DNA of 63,926 bases, counting the filler, from Lama guanicoe (taxonomy: Eukaryota), in the NCBI GenBank assembly GCA_013239625.1. It is 156 parts of 156 records of this genome, joined end to end, with 100 filler letters (N's around TTAATTAATTAA, not from the genome) between each part and the next. Parts side by side here need not be neighbours in the genome. Positions count along the whole stretch, not along the records: positions 49,231 to 49,541 come from PNXV01055283.1; positions 49,642 to 49,952 come from PNXV01055284.1; positions 50,053 to 50,363 come from PNXV01055285.1; positions 50,464 to 50,774 come from PNXV01055286.1; positions 50,875 to 51,185 come from PNXV01055287.1; positions 51,286 to 51,596 come from PNXV01055288.1; positions 51,697 to 52,006 come from PNXV01055289.1; positions 52,107 to 52,417 come from PNXV01055290.1; 148 more parts are not named here. One strand, written 5' to 3'. Shown here one piece after another: positions 49,269 through 61,871 of this stretch (within the stretch, counting starts at the first letter, position 1; each line of letters opens with the position of its first letter). The translations under genes and the position numbers were made by a program. The notes below the pieces were generated by a model, which worked only from the letters and a program-made list of their open reading frames with translations, was not told the DNA's origin and made no database searches.

Positions 49269-49397
49269 GTGTTTGGCCCCGCGTGGGGCTGGGATTCTGC
49301 CTCCATCCGAGTGGAGCGCAGTGATGTTCATGGAATAGGGTGTGTCTGGAACCAGCTGCTCCAAGTGCGCCGTGGGGGTGTTCCCTGGCACCACAAC
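49269..49397 (-). pseudogene. COL12A1: Decayed copy of a COL12A1-like fibronectin type III exon (unprocessed duplicate)
   Basis: Acceptor TCCTCCCCTCCAG then [32 protein letters not shown], 1-nt deletion, NPSPTRGQT; recalled COL12A1 VVVPGNTRMVHLERLIPDTLYSVNLVALYSDGEGNPSPAQGRT; donor position reads ATGAG rather than GT. Confidence 0.75.
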
Positions 49398-51696
49398 CTG
49401 GAGGGGAGGACATGCCAAATTCTGTCTGGTAACAACCCAAATGCTTATTTACTCTTTTGTTAGCATAATAATGTTTATAGTGAAGGACTGAGCCCAGACT
49501 CAGCAGAAGCCAACCTCTGTGCTACTTCGTGACATCTCCCCNNNNNNNNNNNNNNNNNNNNNNNNNNNNNNNNNNNNNNNNNNNNTTAATTAATTAANNN
49601 NNNNNNNNNNNNNNNNNNNNNNNNNNNNNNNNNNNNNNNNNAAAAACAGAATCTTTGAAATTAATTTAAAAAATCAAGATACGCATCTTCTCTGATGACT
49701 CTGAAGATCTGGCAGCCCTAGGTCCAAATTTTTACACTGCAAACATGGGTGCGCCCACCTGGAGGTTAGCTCCCCAGAGCTTTGTGAAGCACATGTGCCC
49801 TCACACACGGCACCCCTGCTCCTCGCCCTGCACGCTACCGAGTTTGCAGTTTAACACAGAAAGAGTTCAGCTTACAGAATCTATCAGGACCAGACCCTGA
49901 ATGAGTTTCCTTCCGTCTTCGAAGCCAGTTCTTTTTTTTTTTTTTTTTTTTTNNNNNNNNNNNNNNNNNNNNNNNNNNNNNNNNNNNNNNNNNNNNTTAA
50001 TTAATTAANNNNNNNNNNNNNNNNNNNNNNNNNNNNNNNNNNNNNNNNNNNNATGAGAAAGTAATACTAACGACTCAGCATGCCAGTATTTGAGCAAGAG
50101 CGTCCTTGGGCTCACTCCCTAACTGCACCTGCGTCTGCAGTCAGGTGTCCACTTGTTTCTTGCTGGGAATGATCTTGGGAGTGACATGTTCTGTTAAAGC
50201 CTTGTCACGGCTTCTCCTTCCTCCCCAGCCATAACGTACAGTGCAGGAGAACAGAATATCAAGAGGTCCTGACTTTTTTCTTTCCTTCCTTGTCCTCCTT
50301 CCTTTAATTCTTCCTGTAGATCACCTTATCTTGCTTCAGTTCCTCAGAATCACCCTGACAACTNNNNNNNNNNNNNNNNNNNNNNNNNNNNNNNNNNNNN
50401 NNNNNNNTTAATTAATTAANNNNNNNNNNNNNNNNNNNNNNNNNNNNNNNNNNNNNNNNNNNNTTCTGCTGTTCGCGTTTAACGTATCCAAAAAAAGCAT
50501 CACAATGAATATTCACTTTCACTATTTTTTTCCCATTAAAAATAAAAAATTTTCCCATAAAAACTTTCTCTCACATTTGCTTATAGGTTTAAACATAAAC
50601 TCATTTACACAAAGACATCATTGGGCTTCAAATTGCATGTTGCTTTCCAGTTAGATGATTTCATATTTGACAGTTGCTTCAGCTAAAGTTAGTACCAGTA
50701 GCTGACTTTCGAACACTAATATAATATGTTTCTAACCATCTGACTGAAAAATTGTATTAATTAATACACGGCTCNNNNNNNNNNNNNNNNNNNNNNNNNN
50801 NNNNNNNNNNNNNNNNNNTTAATTAATTAANNNNNNNNNNNNNNNNNNNNNNNNNNNNNNNNNNNNNNNNNNNNGTTTACATTTAATTTTTGGAAAATGT
50901 TCACCTGGTTCAAAAACTGAAAACAATATAATCAAGGGGGGTGTGGCGACAGCTTGTCTCCCACCCCTGTCTGCGGCCTCCCACCCCCGACAGTGACATC
51001 AGCCCCGTACTTGATCTCACCTGGGCGCTAGTGAAGACAGGAGGGCTGTTTCTCACCTTCAGCTGCTACGCACTGGGTCGTAATGAAAATCCTCACATGC
51101 GTTTCCCTCTGCGTGTGTGGAAACGTATCAGGAGAAGTTCTGAGCTTGAGCTCTAATAGAGGCACACACACGATGCGTGCTAAGGNNNNNNNNNNNNNNN
51201 NNNNNNNNNNNNNNNNNNNNNNNNNNNNNTTAATTAATTAANNNNNNNNNNNNNNNNNNNNNNNNNNNNNNNNNNNNNNNNNNNNAGAGCTTTTCCTGAA
51301 CTAGAAGTCCTTCTACCATTATTTATCAGGAAATTCAATTTGACACAATTAAAATTGTATTATTGAAAATGCAAAAATACAAAAAGCAGTATCATTGTAT
51401 ATTAAAATTTTCCCAGGAGAATCACGTAAAATTATTGCTAAACCTGGAAATGCTTCAATAACATATTAAAGAGCAGTGGATAAAAAAGCCCCAAATTCAC
51501 AATAGCTGATGACTGATATTAAGTCTTATTTGAGAGGACAATGGATGGTAAACATCACTCACATGACAGACACCTTCTGTCACTGCTAAATGTTTGNNNN
51601 NNNNNNNNNNNNNNNNNNNNNNNNNNNNNNNNNNNNNNNNTTAATTAATTAANNNNNNNNNNNNNNNNNNNNNNNNNNNNNNNNNNNNNNNNNNNN

Positions 51697-52006
51697 CTAA
51701 TTTCCAAAATATACAAACAGCTCATACATCTTAATATAAAAAAAACACACACACACACACACACAAACAATCTAATACAAAAATGGGCAGAAGACATAGA
51801 CAAACAACACTCCAATGAAGATATACAAATGGCCAATAGGCACATTAAAAAAATGCTGAGCATTTCTAATTGTCAGAGAAATGCAGATCAACACTACAAT
51901 GAAGTTTCACCTCACACCAGCCAGAGTGGTCATCAATGAAAAGCCAACAAATGATAGATGCTGGAGAGGGTGTGGAGAAAGGGGAACCCTCCTACACTGC
52001 TGGTGG
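51697..52006 (+). mobile_element. LINE-1 ORF2 fragment with internal (CA)n
   Basis: AAAAATGGGCAGAAGAC...ATACAAATGGCCAATAGGCAC...CACCTCACACCAG...GATGCTGGAGAGGGTGTGGAGAAAGGGGAACCCTCCTACACTG. Confidence 0.95.
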
Positions 52007-52124
52007 NNNNNNNNNNNNNNNNNNNNNNNNNNNNNNNNNNNNNNNNNNNNTTAATTAATTAANNNNNNNNNNNNNNNNNNNNNNNNNNNNNNNNNNNNNN
52101 NNNNNNCTGTTTTTGAAGGAAGCC

Positions 52125-52225
52125 ATTTGGTTTGTTGACTTGTTTATTGAGAGCTGAGTCTGTGCAGAGCACCGGGGCTGTACAATGACATAGTTCAAAG
52201 ATCCCTGCCCTTAAAGCAGCTCGTG
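52125..52225 (-). mobile_element. L2 3' end fragment
   Basis: TGTTTATTGAGAGC...TGTGCAGAGCAC.GGGG...ATCCCTGCCCTTAAAGCAGCTC. Confidence 0.55.
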
Positions 52226-54160
52226 AGAGTCGGGGAGGAAGAGCTGACATGGCCCTGCTGTAACTTACTGCGTCCCCGGCACAGCTGTAAGCAGAGGTCT
52301 GCACTGACTGGTCAGCAGGCTTCTTTGGGATTGAAGCAAGTCACGGGTGAGAGTCCAGCTCTTCTACTGAGAGGCAGCGTGGGCAGGACCCAGGGGAGAG
52401 CCTGGGACTCTGAGGACNNNNNNNNNNNNNNNNNNNNNNNNNNNNNNNNNNNNNNNNNNNNTTAATTAATTAANNNNNNNNNNNNNNNNNNNNNNNNNNN
52501 NNNNNNNNNNNNNNNNNTGTGTGTGTGTGATTTAAATTCTCTGAATGTCCTACCTTGGTTTGGTGAATCGAGTACTTTATGCTTTCTTTTTTTTAAGATC
52601 ACACAAAGTAAGATTGGTTTCAGTAAATGAGATTTAATAATTACGTCTCTGTTTTTTGCCTTTGTCAAATTCAGGCCCCACATTCAGGACAATCAAACGG
52701 TTAGGATGCCACAGAGGCCTAAGCTGTCGGGTTCCCAGAATGATCGGCCACAAGCAGCACAAGGGTTATCGCTTCTGCCTGTAAGAGGGCAGTTTTGAAA
52801 CCTTCTTCCACCTTCCAGTCTCATAAAGNNNNNNNNNNNNNNNNNNNNNNNNNNNNNNNNNNNNNNNNNNNNTTAATTAATTAANNNNNNNNNNNNNNNN
52901 NNNNNNNNNNNNNNNNNNNNNNNNNNNNCTCAGCTCTAATTGAAAGCCTGGACTGGGGACCCTGAACATTGCTGAATGACTTTCTGTGTCACCTGGGCTG
53001 GTGGGGCCTGATTTTTCTTTCCAGGAATGGATGTATCGCAGCCTCCATTTTCAGGGCTGACATTCATGATGGATCTAGTTCTCCCAACTGCACCCCAGGA
53101 AGGAGAGGCCTTTCCATCCCACTGGTTAGAAACCCAGCCCAGGGGAGTTCTGAAGCATTGCATCGCTGCCAGGTCCAAGATCCCTGCAGTGTGGCCTCTG
53201 CCCCTGAATGAGCCCCTTCCCTGGGCCTTCCCTGCCCTGNNNNNNNNNNNNNNNNNNNNNNNNNNNNNNNNNNNNNNNNNNNNTTAATTAATTAANNNNN
53301 NNNNNNNNNNNNNNNNNNNNNNNNNNNNNNNNNNNNNNNTGGCACCTCTCAGCATTCAGGAGGAGGCTGCAGGAGGGATTCCCCAGGTCGGTATGCACTT
53401 GGAAGAGATGCACAGGGAACCACCCCCACCCCAAGTAGGGTGCTCATGGGGAGAGCAGGAATTTCAGCCAGACTCTGGGATTCTCCGGAGGAGACTTGGC
53501 AGGAAAGGGCAAGTTTGTAGTGCATGTCAGAGGACTCGGCTGAATCAAAGGAAATTATCTTTACTGTTGTCTTCATTATTGGTATTAATAATATGTGTTT
53601 GGAGTTATTTTGTATTTTAGACCTGGTATTTATGTTCTTGACAATCCTGGNNNNNNNNNNNNNNNNNNNNNNNNNNNNNNNNNNNNNNNNNNNNTTAATT
53701 AATTAANNNNNNNNNNNNNNNNNNNNNNNNNNNNNNNNNNNNNNNNNNNNTTTTATTGATTCATAATCATTTTACAGTGTTGTGTCAAATTCCAGTGGAA
53801 TGTAGTTCTGATTTCATGAGCGAGGCTGATGGTAACCAAGCATTATTAGTGGGAGAAGGGCATTTCGGAGTCACCTTTGCTGGGACGTGATCTCCCAGAG
53901 GGACCCGGAAGGGTGACTGGGAGCAGCGCCTGTCATCACCACCCACTCACCTGCTGCCCAGGTGTGTCCATTAACATATGTGTTTCTCATGCCCTCCCCA
54001 CCCTGGGCTTCTGCGCTCTGTTGCTGACTTCTCTGCAAGTGAACGAGGGACCCAGCTTCCNNNNNNNNNNNNNNNNNNNNNNNNNNNNNNNNNNNNNNNN
54101 NNNNTTAATTAATTAANNNNNNNNNNNNNNNNNNNNNNNNNNNNNNNNNNNNNNNNNNNN

Positions 54161-54471
54161 AAAATAGCACCAAAAGTAATAAAATATCTAGGAATAAATC
54201 TAACCAAGGGGGTGAAAAATTATACACAGAAAACTAAACCATGGTGAAGGAAATTAAAGAAGACTTTAAAAAATAGACAGATATCCCATGCTCTTGGATT
54301 GGAAGTATCAATATTGTTAAAATATTCATACTGCCCAAGGCAATCTACAATTTTAATACAATCCCTGTCAAATTACTAAGGACATATTTCACAGAACAAG
54401 AACAAATCATAATAAAATTTACATGGAACAACAAAAGACCTAGAATTGCCAAAGCATTACTGAAGAGAAAG
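54161..54471 (+). mobile_element. LINE-1 ORF2 fragment
   Basis: [10 protein letters not shown]...[32 protein letters not shown]...[16 protein letters not shown]. Confidence 0.97.
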
Positions 54472-55393
54472 NNNNNNNNNNNNNNNNNNNNNNNNNNNNN
54501 NNNNNNNNNNNNNNNTTAATTAATTAANNNNNNNNNNNNNNNNNNNNNNNNNNNNNNNNNNNNNNNNNNNNTAGCTTTCTCTTTCATGTTGAAGAATTCC
54601 TTAGAAGTCTGGTAACAGTTGGCTCAAGAATAATATTTACAACTAAAATACTCCATACTGTGTAGAGCTTCATCACTTATAATGTCTCTCAGAATTCCTC
54701 TTCCCATATCCATGAGAAGACTCTCAGAATATCATTTTTTCCACTTACGTGATAAACCATTCCTCCATCCCAATTTCTCTTTCAAAAGGAGTTAACTATT
54801 CCACCTCTCATTGTGCCTTATGCTTATGCACTCTCCTTTAGTTTGTAACATGTCTATTTCTTAATCATCATTATATTTTTTTNNNNNNNNNNNNNNNNNN
54901 NNNNNNNNNNNNNNNNNNNNNNNNNNTTAATTAATTAANNNNNNNNNNNNNNNNNNNNNNNNNNNNNNNNNNNNNNNNNNNNAAAGTGAAACCATGTGAA
55001 TGAAATTGTTAAGTGATATATTTCAGTTCAGTTTTACCAAACCACAGAAGAAACCTTAACTATTGGTTACTTTTGGTCAAACTAAACATTTAATTGCCTA
55101 ACTTCTCTTTCTTTTTTTTTCTTACCTTGCCAAGACTTTCTTCAAAGGATTCTTCAGATTCAAAGAAAGATAAATGCCTGCTAAAATATCCAAACAGCTT
55201 CGAACAGTGGGATCACACATGCCATTTTTATTTGCCTTCTCCAGTAAGGGCACAATCTATAATCCAAAAAATTCAAAGTCATAGTAATTTTTTNNNNNNN
55301 NNNNNNNNNNNNNNNNNNNNNNNNNNNNNNNNNNNNNTTAATTAATTAANNNNNNNNNNNNNNNNNNNNNNNNNNNNNNNNNNNNNNNNNNNN

Positions 55394-55487
55394 TCTTTAC
55401 AGAGGCTGGATGCTGGGTTTTACCGCTGTGTGGTTCGGAACAGAATGGGAGCGCTCTTACAAAGAAGATCAGAAGTTCACGTCGCAT
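55394..55487 (+). CDS. SDK1: Sidekick-1 Ig-domain coding exon, 3' part (5' part cut by contig start)
   Basis: [31 protein letters not shown](Y) then phase-1 donor T|GTACGT; matches recalled SDK1 [32 protein letters not shown] better than SDK2 [28 protein letters not shown]; below the ORF-track length cut-off. Confidence 0.9.
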
Positions 55488-55804
55488 GTACGTGCACACT
55501 GGAGAACTCTGCAAGCGTTAAGTAGCACGGCGGCGTCTGTGGGTGCTGGCCAGTCGCCTTCCCCGTGGTGGGGACTGAGTTTCTGTCTCGGGTTCTACTG
55601 GGGTTAGGATAATCGCTAAAACTGATCGGAAGATAAGTAAACAGTCCATGTCCAGTGAAGATGAGGTAAAGGCCGCTGCTCCCAGTCCAGTGGATCCAGG
55701 GCCCNNNNNNNNNNNNNNNNNNNNNNNNNNNNNNNNNNNNNNNNNNNNTTAATTAATTAANNNNNNNNNNNNNNNNNNNNNNNNNNNNNNNNNNNNNNNN
55801 NNNN

Positions 55805-56112
55805 GTAGGTTGCTTCCATGTCTTGGCTATTACAAATAATGCTGTTTGAACATTGGGATGCATATATCTTTTTAATTTAGTGTTTTCTCTGGATGAGCCC
55901 AACAGTGGGATTGTTGGATGACATGGTAGCTCTACTTTTAGTTTTTTAAAGAACTTCCTTACCATTTTCCACAGTGGTTGTACCAATGTGCAGTCCCACC
56001 AACAGTGTAGGAGGGTTCCCTTTGCCCAGTGTCTCCAGCATTTGTTATTTGTAAACATTTCAATAATGGCCATTCTGACTGGTGTGAGGTGATACCTCAT
56101 TGTAGTTCTGAC
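55805..56112 (-). mobile_element. LINE-1 ORF2 C-terminal fragment
   Basis: [13 protein letters not shown]...NNKCW...[18 protein letters not shown]...ALFVIAKTWKQP. Confidence 0.97.
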
Positions 56113-58319
56113 NNNNNNNNNNNNNNNNNNNNNNNNNNNNNNNNNNNNNNNNNNNNTTAATTAATTAANNNNNNNNNNNNNNNNNNNNNNNNNNNNNNNN
56201 NNNNNNNNNNNNAATATTGAGCTCGACTTGTCCATAATTGAACTGGCCTGGAAGAATGATTTAATCTATTTGAACATATACACTCAGTTATAGGCAACAT
56301 TCCACAATTAGAGGCCTTCCCTGCAAGGCAGAGCATTTACCCCTGAGCTGCTCACATGGCGCAGGGCAGACCAGTGCTCTTACTCCCTGCAGGCAGACAG
56401 ATCTCAAATGTGACCCCCAGCAGGAGCTGATCTATACAGTCCCAGATCCTCCTTCAAAGTCATCAGTCACATAATGCTGGGGAGAAACGAGGCAGTACCT
56501 AAGAGAGGCCACTTTTTTTTTTTNNNNNNNNNNNNNNNNNNNNNNNNNNNNNNNNNNNNNNNNNNNNTTAATTAATTAANNNNNNNNNNNNNNNNNNNNN
56601 NNNNNNNNNNNNNNNNNNNNNNNTAGAGGGATGGCCCCTGGGTGACCCAACTTGCAGAGTTTTCTTAAACTCGCAGGTGGAGACGTTTAGTGCAGCTAGT
56701 GGATTGTGAGAATAGTGGCAGCCCTGCACCCCCCCAGCTGACGTTAAAGTTTGCTAAAAGCATGTAATTTCTTGATTACTCAGGTTTTGAAGATGACTTT
56801 TATTTCCAGTGTGTTCCAGGACCAGCTGTATCATGTGGTTTCTGTGTAAAGTGCTTTATTTTAGGTTAGCTTTTTGGCTTCCCCTTAGTGTACTTAAAGA
56901 CCTCAAAGTGTGTTTGAAAGCTTTGGATTGAAATNNNNNNNNNNNNNNNNNNNNNNNNNNNNNNNNNNNNNNNNNNNNTTAATTAATTAANNNNNNNNNN
57001 NNNNNNNNNNNNNNNNNNNNNNNNNNNNNNNNNNGGCAGGGAAGTGGTCCATACATGTTTTAAGAAGGTCCTTCTGTTCCAGCATGGACCAACAATTGAA
57101 TGACCATTTTCATCATTCACCCTTGTCAGGATGAAATTTTGAGCACCTATCTTCAATGCACTTAAATATAGTTATTTGTAAATTAGATAGGTCTACTTGA
57201 TTGACTGGCCAGTATCTACCTGATTGGCCAGTATCTCAAGATCCAGTGTGAATTTTGGCAAAATTTCATTAATAATAACTAATAGAGAATTTAAAATCTA
57301 TCTGATTTCTTGTCAATTTGATTAGATTAGCATTGTTTCTGCCTGNNNNNNNNNNNNNNNNNNNNNNNNNNNNNNNNNNNNNNNNNNNNTTAATTAATTA
57401 ANNNNNNNNNNNNNNNNNNNNNNNNNNNNNNNNNNNNNNNNNNNNCTGTTCACTTCCGCCCTGGGGGCAAGCCTGGTTTGGGGCAGGCTGAGAACAAACC
57501 CAACCACAGCTGTCCTCTGATACCTCTACCTGAGAACCCCTAGGTCAGAAAAGAAAGAAAGAAAGAAAGGATTTTCTAGGAAATTATTAAACGTCACAAG
57601 CATCCTTAAAATGTAAGACACCTTTAAAAGCTTCTTCTCTTTTTTAGGATGATTATGGCAATAAAAATGATTGTATTAAACGTAATTTTTAAAGACGTCC
57701 TACCAAGTTCTTCGTATCTCTCGCAAACAGATAAATTTCATACCACAGTACAAGAGNNNNNNNNNNNNNNNNNNNNNNNNNNNNNNNNNNNNNNNNNNNN
57801 TTAATTAATTAANNNNNNNNNNNNNNNNNNNNNNNNNNNNNNNNNNNNNNNNNNNNTTGTTTGAGATTCTCTCAGTAGTGAATGTCTCTCACTCTTCAGT
57901 TAAAACTAAAAGGGTTAAAACCGCAAATTCCTGAATGAAACACACACTGACATGACTGAGTTTTAGGCAAAGTATAAATGATGATATTAGATTCTTTCTT
58001 ACTTTGGAAGGTTAAGGAGCAGTCTGTTTGGTGGGAGAGGAAGCCTCTGAAGAGGAAAATGCTCTTAAAAAGGGACCCAGGCCCCGAGGGCCTCACTCTC
58101 CAAGTTTGCCTCCTGTGCCCACAGTGCTGGCTGCCAGCACGGCTGGTCGTGCTGTGCCCCCCCGGGGNNNNNNNNNNNNNNNNNNNNNNNNNNNNNNNNN
58201 NNNNNNNNNNNTTAATTAATTAANNNNNNNNNNNNNNNNNNNNNNNNNNNNNNNNNNNNNNNNNNNNGTTTCTCCATGTGACAAACGTGTGGCGCATTTA
58301 CGTGTCAAGTGCTGTAAGT

Positions 58320-58485
58320 AATTGATGTAACTTTCACAGCAACGCTGGGAGGCAGGTGTCCTGAGAACAGTCCCTCCCCTTTTAAAGGTGTGGAAGCTGA
58401 GGTATGGAAAAGTGACCTCAATGATATACCTGGGACCCCTTTTGAACAGGGGCTGCCTCACTCCAGAGCCCTGACTCTTAGCAAC
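58320..58485 (-). mobile_element. MIR fragment
   Basis: TCACAGCAAC.CTGGGAGGCAGGT...TTTTAAAGGTGTGGAAGCTGAGG...TTTGAAC...ACTCCAGAGCCC.GACTCTTA. Confidence 0.55.
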
Positions 58486-59912
58486 ACCGTCGACCCCAGG
58501 TCACTTGTCACGCCCTCTGTGCGGACATCCTTGAGCCTTTCTGAAATAACTCACCATGCTCCTACCGCAGTCACTAATNNNNNNNNNNNNNNNNNNNNNN
58601 NNNNNNNNNNNNNNNNNNNNNNTTAATTAATTAANNNNNNNNNNNNNNNNNNNNNNNNNNNNNNNNNNNNNNNNNNNNCCCCCGGGCCCAGGCCCTGGCT
58701 GGGTTCAGGTTGTTACAAGACTAGGAGTTCGGGCGGAGCTTTTGTCCGGCGAGTGCATCTGCTGGGCTCCCGCTGTTGCCCGGCTGCCCTGTGAACAGAG
58801 CAGTAAGTGCTGGCTCCAGGGACTCTCTGGGCTGGGGGACCCTGGCGAGGCCCTCAGCCCATCCTCAGGGTCCACGAGGTCTTTCTGGGAGAGGAAACGA
58901 GGCCGGACATCCTTCTGTCACGTCCAGGAGCCAAGCACAGCCTAGGGCTCAGCGATTACTTTTGAGTCAAATCAAACAGAATATTCAGGNNNNNNNNNNN
59001 NNNNNNNNNNNNNNNNNNNNNNNNNNNNNNNNNTTAATTAATTAANNNNNNNNNNNNNNNNNNNNNNNNNNNNNNNNNNNNNNNNNNNNTGCAGTGTGGG
59101 CAGTTCAAAGCCTGCCAAAGTCTATTTATAATCCATACAAAGGCCTGTCTCATTCTCAGTGGATTTGCAAATTCAAACACCGTATAATACTGCAAAGGTT
59201 GTCAATTCTCTCACTAAGCTGTTTTCATGATTACTCTTCTAATTCTTTTTTTTCACAATAAGCAGAAAAATGTAGCACTTCTTCTGGATGAAGCAAAGGT
59301 AAATGAGAATGAGCCCTGCAAGCCGGGCCAGGTTTTGAACGACCTTAAACACCAAAGTAATGCAGGTAGAACCTAAACTCTAGGGCCAAAGCAGATCTAT
59401 NNNNNNNNNNNNNNNNNNNNNNNNNNNNNNNNNNNNNNNNNNNNTTAATTAATTAANNNNNNNNNNNNNNNNNNNNNNNNNNNNNNNNNNNNNNNNNNNN
59501 TCTTAAATCCAGGGATAAGTTTCCCTAGGATACACCTGCAAAATATCTACAGAATAGTGTGGTGTCAAACTCCAAGTAGCAGCGCATTCATTAGCTGGTC
59601 AAAATCGGGAAGTTTTAAAAATAAAGTAAAATAGCATCAAAATGCAATGCACAAAGAAAGATTATTTCATGAGCGTTTGATACCCGCCCACCCCTGTGTG
59701 TTTACTGAACCAAACTATAAATATATTTGTTACTATAGGTCTAGAAAAAACAGTCCTAAAGTGCACCCTTCTAGGTAAATACTCCACAAAAAAAGTGAAC
59801 TATTGAGTCTTANNNNNNNNNNNNNNNNNNNNNNNNNNNNNNNNNNNNNNNNNNNNTTAATTAATTAANNNNNNNNNNNNNNNNNNNNNNNNNNNNNNNN
59901 NNNNNNNNNNNN

Positions 59913-60224
59913 AAAAAAAAAGCAGTAATAAAGAGACAACCATAGAAGCAGCTTCAAGAAAAAAGACGTTATAGCCAGAGAAGCAAAGATAGGGGTGACA
60001 TTAGATTTCTCATTTGAAACAATATAAGTAAGAATCCAGCAGGAAAATATTATTAAAGTATTGAAGGTAAGAAAATAATCAATATTGAAATTCTCTACCT
60101 GGCAAAAGTATCTTTAAAAATCTAAGGCAAAATAAAAGCATCCTAATATTGCGAAGTTTAAAGAATTCATCACCAACAAACTGACACTACAAGAAATGTT
60201 AAAAGAAAGTCAAACAGGAAGAGG
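59913..60224 (+). mobile_element. Old LINE-1 ORF1 3' fragment
   Basis: GATTTCTCATTTGAAACAAT...AATTCTCTACCTGGCAAAAGTATCTTT...AAGAATTCATCACCAACAAACTGACACTACAAGAAATGTTAAAAGAA. Confidence 0.8.
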
Positions 60225-60736
60225 NNNNNNNNNNNNNNNNNNNNNNNNNNNNNNNNNNNNNNNNNNNNTTAATTAATTAANNNNNNNNNNNNNNNNNNNN
60301 NNNNNNNNNNNNNNNNNNNNNNNNCCCCCAAACAGTCCATCTCAGTCCTGACATCCAGCTGGGCAGCTACTTGTGGGGGGCTCCCCCGCCGGGCCCCGGG
60401 CAGGGAGTAGGGGACATTCTTTGATTAGGAGAACTCCTGGGTCTGCCGTTTGTGTGACTCCGGGCCCGCCCTCTGGAGGTGGCCCTCACCTCTTGTCCTC
60501 CCTGGCTCCCTCAGAGGAAGTCGCTGGAAGAGACGCCTCTCTGGTGGCGAGCAGATACCTTGCCTTGTTTCGTACCCATAAGGTAGATGGAGGCCAAGGA
60601 CCCTTTTAGGTCTCAAATGCTCAGTCTGTTGTAATTNNNNNNNNNNNNNNNNNNNNNNNNNNNNNNNNNNNNNNNNNNNNTTAATTAATTAANNNNNNNN
60701 NNNNNNNNNNNNNNNNNNNNNNNNNNNNNNNNNNNN

Positions 60737-61048
60737 ATAAACAACTATAAAACAAGATAAAATACATGAAGCAACACTTCAGATTTTGGACAACAGGCAA
60801 TGCAGAATTGTAATTCCCGAGAAAACAGAAACTTAAGAAGTGAGCCACACAATTTCTCTGACTTTCTTCCTGGAGTTACTTTCTAAACTCAGACAGTAGT
60901 AGAGGACAAATTAAGAACAGAGGCTTCTCTGAGCAGAAGAGCTTGATATCAGAATTCAGAGCTGCTAAAGGAGCTGAAGATTGCAGATCAGGGTACCAGA
61001 GAAGAGAAATCTCAAAGACAAGTTGTTCCAGAAATTTGCATAAGGTTT
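60737..61048 (+). mobile_element. Old L1M 5' region fragment
   Basis: AAACAACTATAAAAC..GATAAAATACATGAAGCAAC...TTGGACAACAGGCA.TGCAG...GTGAGCC...TTTCTTCCTGGAG resembles recalled L1MC/MD 5' end. Confidence 0.55.
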
Positions 61049-61259
61049 NNNNNNNNNNNNNNNNNNNNNNNNNNNNNNNNNNNNNNNNNNNNTTAATTAA
61101 TTAANNNNNNNNNNNNNNNNNNNNNNNNNNNNNNNNNNNNNNNNNNNNCTTTGGGCTACAAAACTCAGTCATATTTAAGAGAAAAAAGGCATTTTGTATA
61201 CAAAGGCAAAGTATTATCATCACTCTACTAATCAAAATTGCTCTAAAAAATAATTCTGA

Positions 61260-61460
61260 TGTTAAACTTCTATCTCTCCAGGCAGATGACATGATCTTAT
61301 ATGCACAAAATCATAAAAATTCCACACACACAAAAATACTGTTAGAAGTAATAAAAAATTCACTAAAATTTTACAGTGCCAAACCAACACACAGAAATCA
61401 GTTGCATATCGATAAACAACAAACAATATGAAAAGGAAATTAAGAAAACAATCCCACTTA
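61260..61460 (+). mobile_element. LINE-1 ORF2 RT fragment
   Basis: GCAGATGACATGATCTTATATG (ADDMILY)...CTGTTAGAAGTAATAA...CAGAAATCAGTTGCAT...GAAATTAAGAAAACAATCCCA. Confidence 0.88.
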
Positions 61461-61560
61461 NNNNNNNNNNNNNNNNNNNNNNNNNNNNNNNNNNNNNNNN
61501 NNNNTTAATTAATTAANNNNNNNNNNNNNNNNNNNNNNNNNNNNNNNNNNNNNNNNNNNN

Positions 61561-61871
61561 AAATATTTGCAAATGATGTGACTGACAAGGGCTTAATTTT
61601 CAGAATATAAAACCACTCATATAACTTAGTAACAAAAAAAATAACCCCAAACAACCCAATCAAAAAATGGGCAGAAGACCTAGCCAGACATTTCTCCAAG
61701 ATGACATACAGATGGCCAACAGACACATGAAAAAATGCTCAAAATTGTTGTCAGAGAAATGCAAATCAAAATTATAATGAGGTATTACCTCACACAGGTC
61801 ACAATGGCCATCATTAAAAAGTACACAAACAATAAATGCTGGAGAGGGTGTGAAGAAAGGGGAATCCTACA
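61561..61871 (+). mobile_element. LINE-1 ORF2 fragment
   Basis: NPIKKWAEDL...REMQIKIIMRYYLTQVTMAIIKKYTNNKCWRGCEERG. Confidence 0.96.
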
